Made by a program: the position numbers and the translations under genes | The notes under the pieces: generated by a model | Databases searched by the model: none | Seen by the model: only the letters and a program-made list of their open reading frames with translations | What the model was told of the DNA's origin: nothing | NCBI GenBank assembly: GCA_016748015.1 | Contig: JAAOMT010000392.1 | Coordinates: forward strand, 1 to 8,345 | Reading direction: 5' to 3' | DNA: 8,345 nt | Source of the DNA: Geosiphon pyriformis uo1 | Lineage: Eukaryota > Fungi > Glomeromycota | Shown here: piece after piece, positions 1 to 8,191 of the stretch | How the letters are laid out: every line of letters starts with the position of its first letter | Position numbering within the stretch: the first letter of the stretch is position 1

Positions 1-53
1 TTGTAAAATAGTAATAGAAATATAACAAAAACAGAATTTTTTTTTAAAAACTG

Positions 54-71
54 TTTTTTTTTTTTTTTTTT
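54..71 (-). repeat. Poly(A) tail (A18) of the LINE
   Basis: 18 consecutive T on the + strand, 123 nt beyond the ORF2 stop. On the minus strand ...ATGAAAT runs into the A tract, forming AATAAA at 69-74. Confidence 0.85.
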
Positions 72-194
72 ATTTCATTTTATGAGTGAGGTCCAAACAC
101 TACCTAGAGCTACACATCAAAAAAATGATCTATACTAGGCATAAATCATGCATTGTCTACACGTGACCAGCCACTTGGGCTGATCAGAACAACA
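72..194 (-). promoter_or_regulatory. LINE 3' UTR with two predicted stem-loops (164-186 and 101-141)
   Basis: Lies between the ORF2 stop and the tail. Hairpins were paired by hand. Confidence 0.7.
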
Positions 195-689
195 TTACAC
201 AGATATACGAACTGAAACTAAACTGCCTATACCAGAAAAAAATAAACATGGTTTACAAAAACCAAAACGAATGCCCACAGCCTCAGTGATGCCAAGCAGC
301 TTGACAACACCAGCAGAAAACCCCGAAACCAAACCAGAAACTGAAACAGGTGTTGAACCATCCAACGGAATCAACTTGGCTTTCTTTATGTAAGCACGAT
401 GCTTAGCACAAACCATCCAAACACCATCCCTAAAGGCAAGACTAAGAGAGTGCACAAACTTAACCACCTCCAATTCTGCAATTTCGGGATCACAGAACAC
501 AGAAACAGCCTCACAAAACCAATCATTAAACACAAAACCCTTGCATAGAGCCATGAACACAGGGAAATCAGAGGCACAAGATGACAAAAGCTGTATTACA
601 ACCGACGAAGAAAGTGACAAACCAGTAAGAGCCTTCCAAGAAGCCACATAAAAATCCAAAATCCGATTACGAGCAGAATTGTTGACCTT

Positions 690-737
690 ACAAAAGAACA
701 CATGGTCTGAAGACTCCATATTACCACAATATAAACA
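690..737 (-). other. ORF2 C-terminal zinc finger C-x2-C-x7-H-x3-C (CLYCGNMESSDHVFFC)
   Basis: CCHC motif preceded by LHHWLPV, resembling the zf-RVT-type C-terminus of LINE ORF2 proteins. Confidence 0.85.
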
Positions 738-1085
738 CAGCACACTAGGGTAACATTTATTATAAAGACGCTTCCTCACAGCAACAGGCAACCAGTGATG
801 CAGAGTCTTTATGAAATAGGTATAAGCATTAGCCAAGGGCCTGCTGGTGGGTCCAGTGGCCATGTGCAAGTCAGGATGCCAGACCAAAAAAGAGCGGAAC
901 CAGTCAACATTAAAAGGCAAATCATTCCTTAAAAACTTAGCACCAGAACCAACTTCTCAGCATGCACGACAAATCAATTGGCAAATATCACAAACAAAGT
1001 GTCTCGAATTGCCTGAAACCACACTACCGTCAGCCACCAGAAAATGTTCATCCAAGTAAGGATGTAGATGCCAATTGGAAAGAGA

Positions 1086-1484
1086 GGCAACGCCAGCAAT
1101 TTCATCAGCATGTTCATTACTAGAAACACCAGAGTAACCTTTGATCTTGTGCCAACAAACTCTCAAATTTTTACTACAAATAACATTAGCAATATGCCGA
1201 CGCTCGACCCAACACTGATTGCGAAAGTCAGGACACACAAGATTCAATTCTGACTCACAAGCACTCAAAGCTGACTGACTATCAGAAAACATGCAAACAG
1301 AGCAGGACAAAGGGACACACTCCATGGCCAACGCAATAGCCTGCAATTTCGCAAGAATGGATGACATCAAGCCTGATACACCAACTCCCAAACCCAAACC
1401 AATGTCCTCGAAAAAAACAGTAGCACCAGCTTTACATTTAGCAGTACCCAAACTTCCCAAAGATCCGTCCGTGTAAACAGACAA
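1086..1484 (-). other. RNase HI domain of ORF2
   Basis: Motifs VYTDGS, AKLQAI (K at the expected E), FSDSQSAL and WHKIKGYSGVSSNEHADEIA match the RNase HI D-E-D-(H)-D layout. Confidence 0.92.
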
Positions 1485-2359
1485 GCTACTAGAAACGACC
1501 TGAGAAAGACGACCACAAACAGAAGCATAATCAGCAGAACCAAAAATATCTCGATAAACAGCACCATCTGAGACAAACCAATCATTAGAAGGGAGAGAAG
1601 CACCATTGAGAAATGCAGTAGCAAGTCTGAACCATTCCAGAATGGGGCCATGGGGGTCCAGCCTTTTCCAATGCTTGAAGGTATACCAGTCAAGGATAGT
1701 ACCATGATGATCATGAAGTTGATCTACAAAGGCAACGCCAAACTGTCGGAGAGAAGGAAGAAACTTGGAAAACTTAGATTCACTTAAAACAATAGACATA
1801 GGTGCACTGCCACTAGACCAAAAAGAACTAACAAAAGATTCACCTAAAGACAAATTGCAGTCAAGAAGAATACAGACCAAGCCTGCTAAAAAGTTGTTGG
1901 AAGTGCTGATATTAACACAAACAGGAAAATTTAATGGATGAATAGGATGCCAACACCAAACTTGCAAGTCATGAGACCAGTGAGAAAATAAGCAACCCAA
2001 GATCCCACCAGAGTTCACAAAACTGACAAGAGAGGCCATCTTATATTCAGACTGTACTTGCGAGAAAGATTTCAAACCATAAAATGAAGGGTGGTGCAGC
2101 GTATTACTGGGAAAATCAAGTGGAAGACCAGATTTAAGCTTCAATCCCTTGCAAACCAGAGCATCCCACTTGGCACAAACACCAACTGGTATAAAACTAA
2201 ATTGTGTCTGATAACTGATTATGGGCTGGAGAACCGCCAATACCAAGTATAGGAATTGTTTATCTGAAATAGTCTTCCTCAGAACCAAATTGACAAAAAA
2301 GCGAATGTCCAAATGTGTCTTAGCCAAACTCGGCTTCAAAAGACCCTTAGTTGAAAGAA

Positions 2360-3325
2360 AAATACCCAGATACCAATGAGATTCCCCCTTTCTGGCAACG
2401 GAAATGGGAGAGCCACTGATGGAAAGGGAAAGACTGCTGACTCTACTATTGATGGGAATGGCCACTGTTTTGGTATTGTTTATAGAGATATCATTAATTC
2501 GAAAGAATTCACTGGCAACATTAAGAATATGCTAAATAGCAGCTTGACTGTTACCAACCCAAATAGTATCATTGACAAAAGCACCAGTAGCAAAAAAAGA
2601 AGAACGTCCAGCCTGAATCTTAGCACGCTCATTTTTAGAGATAAAATACGAATTAAGTCTATATCTACATACACTCTCCTGACGTTTGACTTCACATAAC
2701 AAAAGATCATAGAAAATGTGCCACAGAAGGGGAGAAAAAACTTCACCCTGATCTAAGCCATCATACACATGATAACCACCAGTCAAACCGAAATCCGTCA
2801 TCACCTGATTGGTGCGACCCTTATGTATGCTACCAAAGAACCGAATAAACTTGCCATACATCTTAATCCTGACCAGACTTTTCTCAAGATGCTCCCAGCC
2901 AACTGAATCGTAAGCCTTCCTCATATCCTGTAACACCAGCCAGAGTTCGTGGTCCTTTTCCAGAGCATCCTTAATTACCGAACCAATCGCAAAAATGGGA
3001 GACTGAGTAGTTGTACCCTTCAAAACTGAGAAATTATCCCTATGAAGAACATTGAAAATGCTGCATGCAGCAGAAATCCTATCAAAAAAAACCTTGGAAA
3101 GAATCTTATAAGCTGTTTTGATCAAAGCAATAGGACGTGTGTTCATCAGAACACCCTCTCACTCATAAGGCTTGGAAATCATCGAAACCCAGGCCTTTTT
3201 CCATGGGCCGGGCACTGATTCACCAGCCAAGCAAGAGTTCAAAAGCACCAACAACATCTTCAAGACAGACCTATCACAATGTTTCCAAAGCTCATTTGAG
3301 ATATCCGACAGACCAGCAGCTTTGC
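2360..3325 (-). other. Non-LTR reverse transcriptase domain of ORF2
   Basis: Motifs KAAGLSDISNELWK, RPIALIKTAYKIL, QDMRKAYDSVGW, GLDQGEVFSPLLW, AFVNDT (xxDD motif mutated to ND) and YLGIFL. Confidence 0.95.
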
Positions 3326-4189
3326 TATTAGGAAGGACGGAAACCACTCCAAACAACTCGTCAAAACCAATCAAACACATTACTCCCGAGAAAGCCTCAT
3401 CAAAAACATACTCCAAAGGCTGATATTGGCGACACCATTCGCTTGACATATTGTCGACCACCCAATGCTTCCTAGTCCACTTCTCCATGATCACATCCAC
3501 CTTGCTCTTAACCTGATCAGGCTCTAAAACCAGCTCACTATCAACAACCAAGTGGTCAAGCACCACCTTATGAAATAGGCGCTCCAGCACACTCCTTATT
3601 GTATGACCTTTATCAACCTCAAAGCTCTCTATTCTTTTATTTATGGCTGATCTAATGTTGGCCTCCTTGGCAATCTGAGACTCAACGAGCTTAGATGCAC
3701 GATATGATTTCCAAGTGCTCGAGAGAGCAGAAAGGACATGATCAGAGTCCATACCAGAATCCATCATATCCCGAACGACTAAAGCCTTAACACTGTCCAG
3801 CGAAGCCCAACGATCCATGAAAGAAAAAAAACCAACAATATCTCTCTCACATGACGCCTTGAAAACCTTAGAAACCAAAAGCTCCAATTTGTGAAACTTC
3901 GAGAATTCCTTGGAGAAAGGTCTATCAAAGTTCTTGAACCATTTTTTTTTGAAAATGCCATCTGCCGAAAGCACCATGACTTCGCGAATGACGTCCCACA
4001 TCTCATCCAAATCAGAGAATCTTACAGTGGTGGCAAACTTATCTAAGAACATTGCTGTATTGGCCAAAGTAACACTCCTGAAATTGTCCCATTCACTCTC
4101 ATCAGCGCCCCTAATGTTAAACTTCCATCGATCTCTATTTGCCTGCTTACGAAGAGAATTCAAATGCATATCCAAAAGCCCACCCAAAC

Positions 4190-4883
4190 CCACAGACACA
4201 TAAACCACTTGATGATCAGTATCAAAATACTCACTAACATCCAAAATGTCTCAGTTCACTATTGTATTGACCAAATTTGACAAAATGAACACGTAATCAA
4301 TAGTTTTGACAACACTCCTTGAATTTTTCCAGATAGGACACTTAACTAATGAATTCCCCATCAGAGAATTGACCAAATCCAAATTCAAATACTTCTTAAA
4401 ACTAGCACACTTGTGAGAGCCATCTTCATTGAAATCACCACCCAAAACAACAAAGAAGGACTCGTTCACAGCCCCAGCTTTCAGGGAATTGATCTTACTG
4501 GCTTGAAAAAAATGTGTCACCAGAGAAGCACCAGCATAAAGTCCCAAAATTAATACCGAAAGTTTGTTCTTAAAAAGCATCTTAATCAAGAGTAGCCGAC
4601 CAGGCACCTTAGAAACCTTACACACATAGCGAACCAGAAAATCATTCACAACAATAGCTACATCCGAACCCAGATTGCCAGAATCTTAACTTGAGGTAAA
4701 GACTCGAACACCATTAAACTTAGTTGCAATCTATGAACAAACCTTGCTTTTCAGTTTGGTCTTGGTAACAATAGAAATCAAATTGTTCATATCCTTGTGC
4801 CAACGAATGATATCTTCCTGTTTTGCAGAATTGTTCATACCTCTTATATTACACGTGGCAATTTTCCAAATTAAGTGAGTCAT
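4190..4883 (-). other. Apurinic-like (APE/EEP) endonuclease domain of ORF2
   Basis: Motifs IATCNIRGMN, SIVTKTKL (K at the expected catalytic E), GLYA, VLGGDFNE, KTIDYVF and FDTDHQVV. Confidence 0.92.
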
Positions 4884-6835
4884 TGAGAAGACAGAGGAAC
4901 TGACAAACCCGAACCAAAGCACAAAATGTTTAACTTATCCAAAACCAAACCAACTGAGGCCTCCAAAGCAATCAATTTTGTTTCTAAACCACCCATTTTA
5001 GCAGTGAGAACTTTGGAACTACTAGAGCTGAGCTCAACAACAGCATCATGAAAGACAGACGGAAAAGTACCAGATGAGACCAAAGCAGTATCCAAAATCA
5101 TATCAGAATTCACATCAGAAGACAAAGTTTCAGAAACAACAGAAAGAAGGCTCAGAGAAGGGGTCGCCACAGGAACCAAATCAATGGATTCCAGTCGAAC
5201 CAAAATGCCAGAAATGCAGTCAGTCAAAAGCTCCAAAGAGCGCTCCAAAATTGCCAGCTGGTCATTCAAATGAGAAACGGTAGGAGAGACAGTCGCCATT
5301 AAAGAAGGAACCAAACCAGAATGCAATTCAGTACCAACCAAACCAGAGGAAATCATATGAGAAGGAGAGCCACCAGCAACCTGAGCCCATGTTTTACCAC
5401 CAAATGAGACTGGATGAGTGACAGGAGCTGATTTCTTCTTATATATCCCAGCTAGATGAATCCGATCTTGCTCAGAAACCACCCTCCTTCCTCAAACACC
5501 AGAATACTCATCCAAGAAACAGTTGACCGTAACATGACCAAATTGTTTACAACAAATACAACTGGCCAAAGAGAGACCAGCCCAACGCAAACTCACATTT
5601 TTGAAAACTGGAACGGTACCAATAGCAGCCAACTTGGATGCCTCATCACCAAAACAAATTACAGCACATCTATCACGAACATACAAACTAGGATTATGGC
5701 CAATATAACAAGTCTTTCCACCATATGATTCCAACAAATTGGAGAGATCATGAGCATTGGTGCCAACTGGAAGAGTGTAAAGCAATGCCCAATGCTGATC
5801 TCTCGACACCCACATTTGTTTATCAATATTTGCCTTTGCCACATGGACAGAATTCTTTCCCATGAGCACAAACCATCTAGCTGCAACCAAATCAGCCATC
5901 TCAGATGATTCATATTCCACTAGGGCCTTTTGCCAAAGACCAATAAGCTGTACTTTGATTGAAATGATCTTGCCAAACTTGGAGAACACTGCCTCAATAG
6001 CCAATTTGGAAAGATCTACTGGAATTTCCTTGACAATCACTTCCCAATCTGAACAGACACTTGATTTTCTCAGATCATTATTGACTAAAATTTTCTCACT
6101 GATTGCCAGTTCCCTAGTCTTATTTAAACTAATTTCAAAAGTAAATGAGGATCTGATAATCCCTGGGAATTTTGAGGGAGTTGAGGCTCCCCCAAACCCA
6201 TCAACGCGATAAAAAATTTTTTTCAAACTGATCATTTTATCATTATTAGTTTTGCCAGGAATGGCAGATAGCTCAATATCTAATGCAAACAATTTTGACG
6301 AATTAAAATTCTGTTTCTCTGGTGCACGTGACCTGATCGGAGGAAGGTGATTGGATCCATAAAATTTGGGATTCGAGAGAGGCAAAGTATCCTCACCATC
6401 ACTTGGAATGTTGAAAGAAAGAGGTGGTGACTTACTGTTTAAAACATAGGTGCGGGTACATGTCTTCCTTGGCATGGCATCATTTATGTCATCATCCAAA
6501 TCCGAAACGTCTGACTCTGCATAGCAAGTTTTCTCAATGACGACGTTTTTCACATTATCCAAGTCCAAGACGCCACTCATGCTGTCCACTTCACTGTTGA
6601 CTTCGCTAGCCCATGATTGCCCAATGTTAGGTCTATCACCATTTTCATCCATAACGTTCGAGACATCAGCAGATGACTTTACCAACCCGTCAACCACCAC
6701 AGGTTTCTTCAGCTTCTTATAGAATGCACTGCGAAAATGAGGACCAACTGAGCACTTATTTTTGACATCAGACTGGGTCTCCAACCCAGCCGAAACGGAC
6801 CCAGAACCACCAGCAGCAAAGCCCACCGGTTCCAT
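4880..6835 (-). pseudogene. LINE ORF1 (gag-like RNA-binding protein), 651 codons plus stop, one internal TGA at 5492-5494
   Basis: Track ORFs 5492..6835 and 4880..5482 share a frame and join as ...EYSGV*GRRVVSEQDR.... RRM-like segments are EVIVKEIPVDLSKLAIEAVFSKFGKIISIKV...ALVEY (~5875-6043) and ALLYTLPVGTNAHDLSNLLESYG...CAVICF (~5620-5788). A CCHC knuckle and two leucine-heptad stretches follow. Confidence 0.88.
5519..5560 (-). other. ORF1 zinc knuckle C-x2-C-x4-H-x4-C (CICCKQFGHVTVNC)
   Basis: Exact gag-type CCHC spacing in the translation. Confidence 0.9.
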
Positions 6836-6960
6836 AGCAACAAAAGAGGAAATGTCTGAAGAAATAACTGGAGAAAGGTGAAGGGGAAAGAGAAAAGGAA
6901 GGCTATTTCAGTGACGACTCAAAGCTCTCATTGTGATTGGGAGATCAACAAAAGAAAGAG
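6836..6960 (-). promoter_or_regulatory. LINE 5' UTR / putative internal promoter
   Basis: C/T-rich tract on the minus strand directly upstream of the ORF1 ATG and distinct from the AT-rich flank. Promoter function is inferred from general LINE biology. Confidence 0.55.
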
Positions 6961-7228
6961 TTTTTGAATTTATGTTTTATATTAAAACTGTTGCTTTTTT
7001 ATTAATATTTTATTTTAACTGTTTTTTTATTTTTTTTAAAAATAGTTTTATTTAAAATTAAATATTAAAAAAAATTTTAAATTAAAAAAAATATTAATAT
7101 TATTGTTTTATTGTTTAAAAATTTTTAAAAACTATAATATATGTTTTTTAATAATAAAAAATATTAAATTTATTTAATAAAAATAAAAATAGCCAATTAA
7201 TAATTTTGTAAAAATATTAAGTATTAAT

Positions 7229-7248
7229 NNNNNNNNNNNNNNNNNNNN
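7229..7248. other. Assembly gap (20 N)
   Basis: Run of N. Confidence 1.
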
Positions 7249-7531
7249 ATTAAAATACATAAACTTTTATTTAATAAGTTTTAAAGTTACATATATATAT
7301 ATAAAATAAAAACAAAAATATATTTTAATACTGGCTTGATTTTTTTCAATTTTAATAGTATTAATTCTAATTTTTAAAACTTACAATTATTTTTATTTTA
7401 AAATAATAAAACGAATTTTATTCAATATTAATAAAAATATTATAATTTAACAATAACGGGGTTTGTTAAATTTATACTGATAAATCAAAGATCTGAAACG
7501 TCATTGACACGAACCAAACATATATTAGGCC

Positions 7532-7937
7532 ATGTCTTCCCAAACCATAACAAACACACAAAACACCATGGCGAGCGTTGAAGATATTAAACGTCAATTA
7601 GAGGTGGCTACGACCGAGTATAGGAGATGCGTGGAGGAGCTGAACGAGAAGGGTGAGAAGCTGAAGGAAAAGGAGGAGAAGCTAAAAAAGTTAATGGAGG
7701 GTGAGAAGGAAGATGAGTTACGTGAAAAGGAAGATGAGTTACGTGAATTGAAGAAAAATTTGAGACAGGAGAAGTACAAGAACGAAAACGAAAAGCATTG
7801 GTGGATAGAAGATATGCAAGAGCTAGAAATGCAAAAAGAAAAGCTAGAAAAGCAAATAGAAAAGCAAAAAGAAAAGCTAGAAGAAGAAGTGAAGGAGCTA
7901 AAAGTAGAAAAGAACGAGTTAAAAGTAGACATGAACG
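7532..7937 (+). CDS. E/K-rich coiled-coil protein, copy 1 (3'-truncated by assembly gap)
   Basis: Open frame of 135 codons with heptad periodicity and higher GC than its flanks. The frame is conserved in copy 2. A second ATG at 7568 (accATGG) may be the true start. Confidence 0.7.
7706..7747 (+). repeat. Perfect 2 x 21-bp coding tandem repeat (KEDELRE)
   Basis: aaggaagatgagttacgtgaa at 7706-7726 and 7727-7747. Confidence 0.9.
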
Positions 7938-7957
7938 NNNNNNNNNNNNNNNNNNNN
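7938..7957. other. Assembly gap (20 N)
   Basis: Run of N. Confidence 1.
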
Positions 7958-8191
7958 AATTATTTTTATTTTAAAATAATAAAACGAATTTTATTCAATA
8001 TTAATAAAAATATTAATGAAATATTGCACAATACAATAATTATTAAATAACAATTATATGATGTAAGCATACTGCAGGGGTTAAAAACTCTGATTATTGT
8101 TATAATTTAACAATAACGGGGTTTGTTAAATTTATACTGATAAATCAAAGATCTGAAACGTCATTGACACGAACCAAACATATATTAGGCC

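Larger units (their letters stand above)
195..4883 (-). pseudogene. LINE ORF2 polyprotein (APE-RT-RNase H-Zn finger), 1562 codons plus stop, six internal stops, no frameshift
   Basis: Track ORFs starting at 4922, 4649, 4244, 3146, 2465 and 920 are all in one frame. I translated the gaps between them. Stops are at 4731-33 TAG, 4686-88 TAA, 4251-53 TGA, 3159-61 TGA, 2532-34 TAG and 957-59 TGA. The start is ATG at 4883 (MTHLIWKIATCNIRG) and the terminal TAA is at 195-197. Confidence 0.93.
54..6983 (-). mobile_element. Full-length, inactivated non-LTR retrotransposon (LINE): ORF1 (RRM/CCHC) + ORF2 (APE-RT-RNase H-CCHC) with poly(A) tail
   Basis: Domain order is read from the joined minus-strand frames. 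A T18 run at 54-71 is the poly(A) tail. No LTRs are seen. Composition switches to very AT-rich DNA at ~6960. The 5' boundary is uncertain (~6960, 6983 or 7016). Confidence 0.95.

Noticed and set aside
2360-3325. Prokaryotic RT system (retron, DGR, group II intron, defence RT)
   Set aside because: The RT is in frame with an APE endonuclease and RNase H, follows a gag-like ORF1 and ends in poly(A), which is LINE architecture.
4884-4922. ORF2 start at 4922 as in the ORF track
   Set aside because: It is a non-ATG start inside ORF1. The ATG at 4883 coincides with both the ORF1 stop and the start of the APE domain.
957-5494. Alternative genetic code or stop readthrough (TGA at apparent Trp positions 957 and 3159)
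   Set aside because: TAG and TAA also interrupt ORF2, other TGAs sit at likely Arg positions, TGA ends ORF1, and catalytic residues are mutated. Decay explains it better.
847-6722. Short plus-strand ORFs and alternate-frame minus ORFs inside the element
   Set aside because: They are shadows of ORF1/ORF2 with no recognisable motifs.
6990-7384. Palindromes or repeats in the very AT-rich flank; CRISPR or RNA genes
   Set aside because: Low-complexity A/T sequence where short matches are expected by chance. I found no repeat-spacer array, tRNA or rRNA pattern.
7594-7932. 112-aa F/S-rich minus-strand ORF
   Set aside because: It is the antisense mirror of GAA/AAA-rich coiled-coil codons.
7958-8050. 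C-terminal part of the 172-aa track ORF (NYFYFKIIK...)
   Set aside because: Artefact of reading through the N gap into the non-coding upstream repeat of copy 2.
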